Assembly: GCA_963711835.1 (NCBI GenBank)
Contig: CAVQFQ010000021.1
Location: forward strand, 256,001 to 320,000
Direction of reading: 5' to 3'
Source of the DNA: an uncultured delta proteobacterium
GTDB taxonomy: Bacteria; Desulfobacterota; RBG-13-43-22
Length of the DNA: 64,000 nucleotides
The notes under the pieces were generated by a model. The model worked only from the letters and a program-made list of their open reading frames with translations. It was not told where the DNA came from and did not search any database. Of this stretch, positions 1-8,767 are shown one piece after another; positions within the stretch are counted from its first letter, which is position 1; every line of letters begins with the position of its first letter. A program made the position numbers and the translations under genes.

Positions 1-567
1 CATCATGGCATGGGCCACCGTCACTAAGGTCAACTGCGGCTCGGAAAGGATGCGGATTCCGTCCGGGACCCGAAGGTCCCTGACATGAAGGGAATCGCCG
101 ATCTCCAGGGAGCTGACATCGACGTCGATGTAAGCCGGGATGCTGGTCGGCAAACAGCGAATTTCCAGTTCCCGGGAGATTTCCTGGACGATCCCCCCTT
201 TTTCCAAGGCCGGGGATTTGCCTATAATTCGGAGCCCCACGGTGACATCGATCTCTTTGGTCAGGGAAACCTCAAGAAAATCGGCATGGAAATAAGCCCG
301 GGTAACGGGATGCTTTTGCAGTTCTTTCAACATGGCCGTCTTGACGTTTTCCCGGTTATCCCCCTTTATGGTCAGTTGATAAAGGACATTTTCACTGGCC
401 TGCTTTTTTAATATCTTCTCCAGGTTCAGCTTAGGGACATAAATCGGAATGGGCGCGCTCTCCGGACCATAAAAAATCGCCGGGATTTTCTCGGACCTCC
501 TCAAATAACGGGCCCCTCCCTTCCCAAAGCGGTCTCTAATAAACACTTCTAAAGCAACTTGTTCCAT
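1..567 (-). CDS. rplY: 50S ribosomal protein L25/Ctc (truncated by window edge)
   Basis: Manual translation from ATG at 567: MEQVALEVFIRDRFGKGGARYLRRSEKIPAIFYG; conserved prs-rplY synteny. Confidence 0.9.
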   Translation of the reverse strand, partial: MEQVALEVFIRDRFGKGGARYLRRSEKIPAIFYGPESAPIPIYVPKLNLEKILKKQASENVLYQLTIKGDNRENVKTAMLKELQKHPVTRAYFHADFLEVSLTKEIDVTVGLRIIGKSPALEKGGIVQEISRELEIRCLPTSIPAYIDVDVSSLEIGDSLHVRDLRVPDGIRILSEPQLTLVTVAHAMM

Positions 568-587
568 GGGTACTTCCTTTCCTTGGT

Positions 588-1529
588 TTATACAAATAGC
601 GAACTCACCGATTCTTCCTGGTGAATTCGTCTGATGGCCTCGCCGAAGAGGGGGGCTACCGAAAGCACTTTAATCTTGGGGCTGGCCTTGGCCGGATCGG
701 TTAAGGGAATGGTATCGGTGACCACAAGCTGGTCCATGGGGGAATTCATGATTCTTTCCAGGGCCGGCCCGGAAAGCACGGGATGGGTGGCACAGGCATA
801 AATCCTTTTGGCACCGTGTTCGGCCAGGGCCACCGAGGCCTTGGCCAAGGTCCCGGCGGTGTCCACCATATCATCCAAAATGATGACGTTGCTCCCTTCC
901 ACCTTCCCGACAATATTCATCACTTCCGATGAATTGGGGCGGTCCCTTCTCTTATCAATGATGGCAATCTGGGCATTAAGCCTCTTGGCAAAGGCCCGGG
1001 CCCTCTCCACACCGCCCACATCCGGAGAAACAATCACCAGGTCGTTTTGGAAATGATCCTTAATATAGTTTAACAGAACCGGAGCCGCAAATAGATGATC
1101 TACCGGGATATTAAAAAAACCCTGGATTTGGGCGGCATGGAGGTCCATGGTCAAAACCCGTTTCGCCCCACCGGCCGTAATCAGATCGGCCACCAGCTTG
1201 GCGCTGATCGGAACCCGAGGGGCTACCTTGCGATCCTGGCGGGCATAGCCGTAATAAGGGATAACCGCCGTCATCCTCCTGGCCGAGGCCCTTCGCAGGG
1301 CATCCATGATAATCAGGAGTTCCATCAGGTTATCATTCACCGGGGAACAGGTGGACTGCATGACGAACACGTCCTTGCCGCGAACATTCTCCCCGATCTC
1401 GACAAAGATCTCTCCATCACTAAACCTTCTAACCTGGATGCTTCCTAAGGGGAGACTGAGATAATCGCAGATATTTTTCGCCAAATCCCGATTCGAATTC
1501 CCGGTAAAAAATTTCAACTGGTCGTCCAT
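588..1529 (-). CDS. prs: Ribose-phosphate pyrophosphokinase
   Basis: [35 protein letters not shown] motifs. Confidence 0.98.
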   Translation of the reverse strand: MDDQLKFFTGNSNRDLAKNICDYLSLPLGSIQVRRFSDGEIFVEIGENVRGKDVFVMQSTCSPVNDNLMELLIIMDALRRASARRMTAVIPYYGYARQDRKVAPRVPISAKLVADLITAGGAKRVLTMDLHAAQIQGFFNIPVDHLFAAPVLLNYIKDHFQNDLVIVSPDVGGVERARAFAKRLNAQIAIIDKRRDRPNSSEVMNIVGKVEGSNVIILDDMVDTAGTLAKASVALAEHGAKRIYACATHPVLSGPALERIMNSPMDQLVVTDTIPLTDPAKASPKIKVLSVAPLFGEAIRRIHQEESVSSLFV

Positions 1530-1647
1530 ATTCGATTTAAACGCCCTCGAGCTTAGGTCTTACTTTTCAAGGCCTTTCTTTAAATTTTCCCCACTAATTC
1601 CCTGGTAACTCTCATTTCTTTAAGGCGGATCCGGACTTGGGTTATAT

Positions 1648-1724
1648 TGGCTGGGGTGGGAGGATTCGAACCTCCGAATGCGGGTTCCAAAGACCCGTGT
1701 CTTAAGCCGCTTGACGACACCCCA
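1648..1724 (-). tRNA. tRNA-Gln(TTG)
   Basis: Reverse complement TGGGGTG...CGGGT-CTTTGGA-ACCCG...GGTTCGAATCC...CACCCCAGCCA folds as a cloverleaf with encoded CCA; usual ispE-tRNA-Gln-prs position. Confidence 0.96.
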
Positions 1725-1736
1725 ATCTAACGTTCA

Positions 1737-2598
1737 TTAAAACCCGCGGGCTAAAAAAACCTGGCCCCAGCCTCTGTTGTTCAAAGCCCGGAAGGCCTTC
1801 CGGGCTTCTGCCTCATCCTCCCAGATCCCGAACAGGGTCGAGCCGCTGCCGCTCATCAGGGCTTGCCGGCAACCCTGCCGGAGTAAGGCCTTTTTTATTT
1901 CTTTCAGTATAGGGAAGGCCGGCAGGACGAATTTTTCCAAATCATTCCGGAATCGCCCGGCCTCTGGAATTTTCTCTTTTCCATTTAAACGGTTTACATT
2001 AGTTAATTTTTTAATCTTTGTCAATGGGATTTTTACCTGACTATAGGCCCAGGCTGTAGAGACCGGGAAACCCGGATAGACCAGTACATACCACCATTTT
2101 GGAAAATCGGTCCAGGGTTCCAGAATTTCCCCCCGGCCCTGCCCCAGGGCCGTTTTTTTCAGTAAAAAAAATGGGATATCGGAACCTAAGCGGGTGCCTA
2201 TCTCCATCAACCGAGTTTGTCGAGATTCTGTTTCCCAACAGATCGTTGACCTTTAACAGGATGGCGGCCGCATCACTGCTGCCTCCGCCCAATCCCGCCC
2301 CGAGAGGGATTTTCTTTTTTAACTCGACTTCAAGAGGCAAAGGCCGGTCCAGCTCTTTTTCCAGGAGCCTGAGGGCCTTAGTCATCAGATTAGCCTCTCC
2401 TGCCAGTTCCGGGTATTCAGGACACCGGACAAAGGGACCTTTAGGGTTTTTTCGAAGAATTAGGGTGTCAAAAAGCCTGATCCTTTGCATCAGGGTTTGG
2501 ATTTCGTGATAGCCATCCTCCCGTTTTGCGATTAGGGTCAGGATCAAATTGACCTTGGCCGGGGCCAGGAGTTTTATCCCTTTTTCTGGAATATCCAT
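1737..2598 (-). CDS. ispE: 4-(cytidine 5'-diphospho)-2-C-methyl-D-erythritol kinase, split by one frameshift near 2210 (likely sequence error)
   Basis: APAKVNL, DGYHE, IPLGAGLGGGSSDAA in ORF 2041-2598; LGSDIPFF, MSGSGS in ORF 1737-2210. Confidence 0.9.
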
Positions 2599-2650
2599 TA
2601 GGTATCGGTGGTTTTGACACCGCTCTGGGGTTATTTCTTAGAAGGCCCAT

Positions 2651-2684
2651 AAAAAAAGGGGACGCAGCCCTTCGTCCCCTTTTT
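2651..2684. terminator. Rho-independent terminator after DegP/Q
   Basis: AAAAAAAGGGGACG-cagccctt-CGTCCCCTTTTT hairpin with A/T tails. Confidence 0.75.
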
Positions 2685-2700
2685 GGAACTGTCCGGGTCG

Positions 2701-4161
2701 TTATTCACCCAGGCGAAGGCTGGCAAAGAGACTGGTCCCTCCCCGTTTAAGCCGGAAAAGAACGGTGCCTCCTTTTTTGATATTGGTCATGATCCCTTGG
2801 AAGGTCTTGATATCTTTGACCGGTTTTCGATTCACCTCTTTAATCAGATCACCGGTCTGGATGCCGGCATCATCGGCCGGGCTGCCGTCTTTGACCTGCA
2901 TAACCAGGAGACCGGGTTCAAAGTCCACCCCATAACGGCGGGCCAGTTCCGGAGTGAATTCATTTAAGGATAACCCCAGTCCCTCCTTCATCTGGGAAGG
3001 TCCTGAAGCCGTCTGTTTTTCCTCCATTTCCTGGATTTGAACCTTGAAAACCTGAGGGCCCCCGTTTCGTAAGACCTTGACCTCAACGACTTTTCCGAGC
3101 GGGACGGCCGCCACCAGTCGAGGCAGCTCGCTCATTTCTTTAATGGCCTTGCCGTTAAATTCAATAATGATGTCTCCGGGTTTGATGCCGGCCTTCTCGG
3201 CCGGGCTGCCGCTGGTCACATCCCCAACCAGGGCGCCGGATTCATCTTTGAGATCAAAGGCCTTAGCCAACTCAGGGGTCACTTTCTGGATCATCACCCC
3301 CAGCCAGCCCCGGGTGACCTTTCCCTTCTCCTTGAGTTGCGAGATCAATTCCTTGGCCGTATTAATGGGAATGGCAAAACCGATTCCCTGCCCTCCGGCA
3401 AAGATGGCGGTATTGATACCAACCACTTCCCCCTTCAAATTGATCAGAGGACCGCCGCTGTTCCCGGGGTTGATGGAGGCATCGGTTTGAATAAAATTAT
3501 CGTACGGTCCGGCTCCGATCACCCGCCCCTTGGCGCTGACGATTCCTGCGGTGACCGTATTTTCCAGACCGAAGGGGTTACCGATGGCCACCACCCAATC
3601 GCCGACTCGGAGTTCATCGGAATTCCCCAGTTTTATAAGGTGCAGTCCCTTCCAGGACTTGATTTTGATCAGGGCCAGATCGGTTTTGGCATCCCGCCCG
3701 ACAACCTTGGCCTCCAGTTCCTGGTGGTCCTTCAGAATAACCTTGATCTCGTCGGCATCTTCAACCACATGATTATTGGTTAAAATATAGCCTTCCCCAT
3801 CCAGAATGAACCCGGAACCCAAACTTTTTTGTTTGTACTCCCTCTGGGGGGTGTCCCCGAAAAACCTTTCAAAAAATTCATCCATGGGGTTTTTTCGTTC
3901 CCGGGGTCCCATGAAATAATCGAAGACCCGGCCCCCTCCTTTGACCCGTTTCACCGTGCTGATATTCACCACGGCCGGTGAAACCTGCTGGGCCAATTCG
4001 GCAAAGGAAGGGACGCCTCCTATAATCGGGACATCACCCCGGGCCGATATGGGATTGGTCCAGTTCAAATTGGCGGCAATAATCAGCCCGGCAATGACGG
4101 ACAAAAAGGAAACCCCGACCAGGGTCCATAAATAACGACGTTTTTTCATTGGTTCTGCCAT
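2701..4161 (-). CDS. DegP/DegQ (Do/HtrA) serine protease with two PDZ domains
   Basis: GSGFI, TNNHV, QTDASINPGNSGG; N-terminal TM segment. Confidence 0.95.
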   Translation of the reverse strand: MAEPMKKRRYLWTLVGVSFLSVIAGLIIAANLNWTNPISARGDVPIIGGVPSFAELAQQVSPAVVNISTVKRVKGGGRVFDYFMGPRERKNPMDEFFERFFGDTPQREYKQKSLGSGFILDGEGYILTNNHVVEDADEIKVILKDHQELEAKVVGRDAKTDLALIKIKSWKGLHLIKLGNSDELRVGDWVVAIGNPFGLENTVTAGIVSAKGRVIGAGPYDNFIQTDASINPGNSGGPLINLKGEVVGINTAIFAGGQGIGFAIPINTAKELISQLKEKGKVTRGWLGVMIQKVTPELAKAFDLKDESGALVGDVTSGSPAEKAGIKPGDIIIEFNGKAIKEMSELPRLVAAVPLGKVVEVKVLRNGGPQVFKVQIQEMEEKQTASGPSQMKEGLGLSLNEFTPELARRYGVDFEPGLLVMQVKDGSPADDAGIQTGDLIKEVNRKPVKDIKTFQGIMTNIKKGGTVLFRLKRGGTSLFASLRLGE

Positions 4162-4196
4162 AATGGTGGCCTCCTCAATCTTGAATAAAATGGTGA

Positions 4197-4592
4197 TTAT
4201 GATGCCCTAATAAAGGCCATTCTCAGGTCATAGAGCATATGTTCCAAGAGTCTTTTTTCTTCCTCGGCCAGATTTCCCTGGGTTTTTTCCATCAGCATGG
4301 CCAGGGTATCGATGGCATGTTTGGCCAGACTCAAATCCTTCTGTTTCTCTCCCGAGATCGGGTGGGGGATTTCGCCCAGATGAAAAAGGACTTCCGTGCT
4401 TAACGAAACCACAAAAGTGGAAAAGTTGACCTCCGGTAAAGGAGGCTGGGGAGGGATTTTTGCTTCAGCCGCGGTTTCCTTAACGGCTTCTTCCGGACCA
4501 TTATTTTTAGGGGATTCCGCTTCTTTTTCGGACTCGGAAGAAAGTTTTCGGCGATCCTTAAACACGAAGCCTTTTTCTTCTGTTTCGGGCAT
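4197..4592 (-). CDS. DUF1844-like protein
   Basis: EEKGFVFKDRR...LGEIPHP...AKHAIDTLAML.EKTQGNL...LYDLRM pattern; GGAGG RBS. Confidence 0.8.
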   Translation of the reverse strand: MPETEEKGFVFKDRRKLSSESEKEAESPKNNGPEEAVKETAAEAKIPPQPPLPEVNFSTFVVSLSTEVLFHLGEIPHPISGEKQKDLSLAKHAIDTLAMLMEKTQGNLAEEEKRLLEHMLYDLRMAFIRAS

Positions 4593-4744
4593 GGGTTAAT
4601 GGCCTCCTTACCAGATCTTTTTTTGTTTTTTCCTGGAGTTATCTTTTGGTGACAATAATAATGATAAAATCGGAAAAAATCAATACCTCCTCACCTGAAG
4701 GCCGGGCACCGAATACGGCCTTTTAGCTTAAATCTTCTTGTGTA

Positions 4745-4774
4745 TTGACACCTTAGGATAAATTAGGTTAAAAT
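4745..4774 (+). promoter_or_regulatory. Putative sigma70 promoter reading into repeat element A1
   Basis: TTGACA (4745) - 18 bp - TAAAAT (4769). Confidence 0.5.
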
Positions 4775-4790
4775 TTTTTATTTAAAATCG

Positions 4791-5123
4791 GGGATAGTCC
4801 CAAAGTTACCTGATTCTCAAACTGAAGGGGTAGCCTCTTAAAATATTAAATCACCCCAAAGGGCTTCGGGGGTCTTGATTTCAAGGATTGTCCGCCAAAA
4901 CGTCGGCAGCCTGAACCCGGGCAGGAAGTTTATAAGTGGGGTTTAGAAACAGGCCAACACCAAAGCGATTTATCGTCTTGGGTGAATGCCCGGCTCCCAA
5001 CCAACTTAGAAATTCGGGCCGGGTTGGGGCTATGGATTACCATTCGGACAACCTTGGAATCAAGACCCCTGAAGCCCTCGACTAATGGAGTGCTTAAAAA
5101 TCACATAACTTTGGGACAAACTC
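4791..5123. mobile_element. Non-coding MITE-like element with nested inverted repeats, family A copy 1
   Basis: Outer TIR GTCCCAAAGTTA.../...TAACTTTGGGAC; inner ~35-bp IR 4860-4894/5045-5078; close copy at 8293-8679. Confidence 0.8.
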
Positions 5124-5154
5124 TAAAACCGAGGATTGGGAGAGAGGCTGAGAC

Positions 5155-5379
5155 GTGTTGAACCCCTGGGATGGATTAGGGAAACTCTTGCTGGTATTGG
5201 GTTTGGTCCTGGTTGTTATAGGAGGGAGCATCTTATTGCTCCCGAAAATCCCCTGGCTCGGCAAGTTACCGGGGGATATTTTCATCAAGGGAGAAAAGGT
5301 CAGTTTTTACTTTCCCATCACGACCGGCATCATTATCAGTCTTCTCCTGACCCTCCTATTCGCCCTTTTCAGAAAGTAA
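5155..5379 (+). CDS. DUF2905-like small membrane protein
   Basis: LGKLPGDI...FYFPITT.IIIS motif. Confidence 0.85.
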   Translation: MLNPWDGLGKLLLVLGLVLVVIGGSILLLPKIPWLGKLPGDIFIKGEKVSFYFPITTGIIISLLLTLLFALFRK

Positions 5380-5859
5380 TCCCTGATAACGGCCGACGAT
5401 CCGCTGGATAAGCTTCGTGGTGGATATGGAGGGAACTAATTGGATGCGCCTGACCTGGCCGCCGTAAGACCGGACCAGGTCCGCCCCGATAATCTTTTCC
5501 TCCGGCCAGTCCGCCCCCTTAACCAGGATATGAGGTTTAATCGCCTCAATCAGTCGAAAAGGATCCGGCTCATTGAAAAGCACGACATAGGAAACGCATT
5601 CCAGGGCCGCCAGGACCTCGGCCCGGTCGTCTTCGGCCGTCAGGGGTCGGTGGGGCCCTTTAATCTCCCGGACCGAGCGGTCGCTGTTTAAGCCCAGGAT
5701 AAGGCTGTCTCCCAGACTTCGGGCCTCTTTTAGGTAGCGGACATGGCCCACATGAAGAAGATCAAAACAACCGTTGGTAAAAACTATCCTTTGGCCTCGT
5801 TTCCTCAGGTCGGCGGCTATTTCGGCAATCTGATTCTGGGGAATGATCTTGTTTTTCAT
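5356..5859 (-). CDS. rfaE2: D-glycero-beta-D-manno-heptose 1-phosphate adenylyltransferase
   Basis: FTNGCFDLLHVGH, GLNSDRSV, VKGADW; start set at MKNK (ATGA overlap with comF). Confidence 0.92.
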   Translation of the reverse strand: MKNKIIPQNQIAEIAADLRKRGQRIVFTNGCFDLLHVGHVRYLKEARSLGDSLILGLNSDRSVREIKGPHRPLTAEDDRAEVLAALECVSYVVLFNEPDPFRLIEAIKPHILVKGADWPEEKIIGADLVRSYGGQVRRIQLVPSISTTKLIQRIVGRYQGLLSEKGE

Positions 5860-6581
5860 TCCAGTCCTACCCGGGCCAGGGTCAACACGGAAACCTCCCG
5901 GGCCCCGGCTTTTTTTAGAATCTTGGCGCATTCATTGACCGTGGCCCCGGTGGTAAAGACATCATCCACCAAGAGGATCCTCCGTTTGCGGACTGCGGCC
6001 TGATCCCGGACCGCAAAAGCCCCCCGGACATTTTTTTCCCGCTCTTTGGGATTAAGGTGGACCTGGGGCAGGGTATCCCGAATACGTTTTAAGGCCCTCG
6101 GCAAGATTTCTTTTCCAAGGCTACAGCCGAGAGTCTTCCCCATTAAAAGGGCCTGGTTAAATCCCCTTTCCCGCAACCGGGAGAGATGCAGGGGAACCGG
6201 CACAATGGCATCAAAGGAAAGGTCCCCCAAGTCCATCTCCTTCCAAAACCGGCCCAGCGGTTCGCTGAGGGTGAACTCCTTGTGATATTTAAAGCGATGC
6301 AAGGCCCGGACGATAATGCCCCGGTAAAGGACCACCCCCCTGGCCCAATCGAAATAGTACTTTCCCTTTAAACAATCCGAACAAAGATGCGATAAATTCC
6401 CGGCCGGGTAAGGCAGCCCGCAACCCGGGCAAAAAGGCGGGGTTATCCAATGAATATCCTTTTCGCATCCTTGGCAAAATCCTCCTGGAAAGGCCTCTGA
6501 GGGCCTTCTGAGGGTCTGACACAAGGAGCAGTGGTCTGGGAAAAAGAGGGAAATTAACCCGAACCACCAAGCGGAGGTCAT
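5856..6581 (-). CDS. comF: ComF family protein
   Basis: Zn-ribbon CxxC pairs, [25 protein letters not shown]. Confidence 0.9.
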   Translation of the reverse strand: MTSAWWFGLISLFFPDHCSLCQTLRRPSEAFPGGFCQGCEKDIHWITPPFCPGCGLPYPAGNLSHLCSDCLKGKYYFDWARGVVLYRGIIVRALHRFKYHKEFTLSEPLGRFWKEMDLGDLSFDAIVPVPLHLSRLRERGFNQALLMGKTLGCSLGKEILPRALKRIRDTLPQVHLNPKEREKNVRGAFAVRDQAAVRKRRILLVDDVFTTGATVNECAKILKKAGAREVSVLTLARVGLE

Positions 6582-7765
6582 GGGATTCTTTCAATCAGGG
6601 CCTGGCCGAATTGGGAGCAGGAGACCTCTACGGCATCCCTTACCTGGCGGGCCAGATCGTAGGTGAAAATACGATCCGAAAAAGTTCGTTCCAGGCCCTG
6701 ATAAAGAACAGCAGCAGCCTCCGGCCAGCCCAGGTGTTCGAAGAGCATGGCCCCGGAAAGGATCAAGGAGCCCGGATTTACCCTGTCCAGACCTGCATAT
6801 TGCGGAGCCGAACCGTGCGTCGCTTCAAATATGGCGCACTCATCGCCCAGATTGGCGCCGGGCGCCATGCCTAACCCCCCCACCTGGGCAGCCAGGGCGT
6901 CCGATAAATAATCCCCGTTCAAATTGGTGGTGGCGATAACCGAATACTCAGCCGGACGCAACAGAACCTGCTGAAACATCATATCGGCAATACGGTCTTT
7001 TATGACGACCTTTGAGCCCCTTTCCCCTTCCGGCCGGCTTTCGGCCTCGGTTGAAGTCCGGTCGGGGAACTCTGTCCGGGCCAATTCATAGCCCCATTCC
7101 CGGAAGGCCCCTTCGGTAAATTTCATGATGTTGCCCTTATGGACCAGCGTCAGACTGGGCTTTTGAAAACGCAGGGCATATTCAATGGCCCGGCGGACCA
7201 GGCGCTGGGTGCCGAACCGGCTGATCGGTTTTATGCCGATCCCGGAGTCTCGAGGCAATTTCTTTCCGGTCTTTTTTTCGATCCAGTCCAGAAGCTCCCC
7301 GGCTTCAGGGCTTTCAGCCGGCCATTCGATACCGGCATAGACGTCCTCGGTATTTTCCCGAAAGATGACCATATTCACCGCTTCCGGATCTCGCATCGGG
7401 CTGGGCACGCCGCTGAAATAGCGAACCGGCCGGAGACAGACATAAAGATCCAGGATCTGTCTCAATTGCACGTTCAGGCTCCGGATACCTTTGCCCACCG
7501 GGGTCGTTAAGGGTCCCTTAAGGGCCACCCCATGTCGGCGAATAGTCTTTAGGCTTTCTTCCGGCAGCCATTCCCCGGTCCGGGCAAAGGCCTTTTCCCC
7601 GGCCGGAACCTCCAGCCATTCGATAGTCCGGCGGCCGGAGTAGGCCTTTTTTAAGGCCGCCTCCAAAACCGGCCGGGAGGCCCTCCATATATCCGGACCG
7701 GTGCCATCCCCTTCAATAAAGGGAACCACGATCTGATCGGTTGTTTCCGTTCTCCAGAAAGGCAT
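6578..7765 (-). CDS. icd: NADP-dependent isocitrate dehydrogenase
   Basis: [46 protein letters not shown]. Confidence 0.96.
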   Translation of the reverse strand: MPFWRTETTDQIVVPFIEGDGTGPDIWRASRPVLEAALKKAYSGRRTIEWLEVPAGEKAFARTGEWLPEESLKTIRRHGVALKGPLTTPVGKGIRSLNVQLRQILDLYVCLRPVRYFSGVPSPMRDPEAVNMVIFRENTEDVYAGIEWPAESPEAGELLDWIEKKTGKKLPRDSGIGIKPISRFGTQRLVRRAIEYALRFQKPSLTLVHKGNIMKFTEGAFREWGYELARTEFPDRTSTEAESRPEGERGSKVVIKDRIADMMFQQVLLRPAEYSVIATTNLNGDYLSDALAAQVGGLGMAPGANLGDECAIFEATHGSAPQYAGLDRVNPGSLILSGAMLFEHLGWPEAAAVLYQGLERTFSDRIFTYDLARQVRDAVEVSCSQFGQALIERIP

Positions 7766-7800
7766 TTTTTACGGTCCTCGACTTAACTCTTAAACAAAAG

Positions 7801-8116
7801 ATCGTTCAGTAAGTTGTGGCACTGGCGTATTATTGCCTTACTGGGGACCGGGGGCCTTGATTTCAAGGCTTGTCCAAAGGGTGATCCTTCCCGCCAATCC
7901 GGCCCAGATTTCTAAGGTTGGTTTAGAGCCGGGCATTCACCCAACCGAACAAACAGCTTTGGTGTAGGCCTACTTAAGGCATTATCGTCAACCTTCCAGT
8001 CCCGCTAAAAGCGGGATTTCAAGGTGAGGAGTTTATGGTGGACAACCTTGAAATCAAGACCCCCGGTCCCCTTCCATCGGGTATCAAAAATATAATGCCA
8101 CAAGCTTCTGAACGAT
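7801..8116. mobile_element. Non-coding element with nested inverted repeats, family B copy 1
   Basis: Outer TIR ATCGTTCAG..AAGTTGTGGCA/TGCCACAAGCTTCTGAACGAT; inner IR 7843-7876/8039-8071; second copy at 58509-58822. Confidence 0.8.
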
Positions 8117-8292
8117 GCCAACAAAAGGCATCCCAATTTCATAACAAAAGGGCTTCAAGAATACAATCAAATAACCTTTTTTTTTGCCTTAGGGCACTTT
8201 TTGATTAGACTATCAATCCTATTTATGTAAAAATTACAACAAAATAATCGAGATAGCCGTCATGGGTTCGGTTCGGTGTGATTTTAAGATTA

Positions 8293-8679
8293 GGGATAGT
8301 CCCAAAGTTACGTGATTCTCAAACCGAAGGGGGTGTCTCTTAAAATATTAAATCACCCCAAAGGGCTTCAGGGGTCTTGATTTCAAGGATTGTCCGCCAA
8401 AACGCCGCTAGCCTGACCCCGGGCAGGAAGTTTATAATGGGGTTTAGAAACAGGCCAACACCAAAGCTATTTATCGTCGGCGGGATGAATGCCCGGCTCC
8501 CAACCAACTTAGAAATTCGGGCCGGGTTCTTCGCATCCAAAACAATGCTCAGTCCCACTCCTGCGGAGTGGATCCCAGTTTGGGGCTACGGATTGCCTTT
8601 CGGACAACCTTGAAATCAAGACCCCCGAAGCCCTCTATGAATGGAGTGCTTAAAAATTACGTAACTTTGGGACAAACTC
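8293..8679. mobile_element. Family A copy 2 (with ~55 bp extra insert)
   Basis: Same TIRs and inner IR (8362-8396/8601-8634) as 4791-5123; flanked by TTA and TAA. Confidence 0.8.
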
Positions 8680-8767
8680 TAAATTTCGGATATTTGAAAC
8701 CCATTTTACTGTGAATAATGCGGGATAACGAGGGAAATTCCAACAAGCCGCTCTATCGGGGGAAGCC

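Noticed and set aside
4860-5078. Retron msr-msd ncRNA interpretation of the IR-enclosed core
   Set aside because: No reverse transcriptase in the window, and multiple dispersed copies with TIR shells fit MITE-like elements better.
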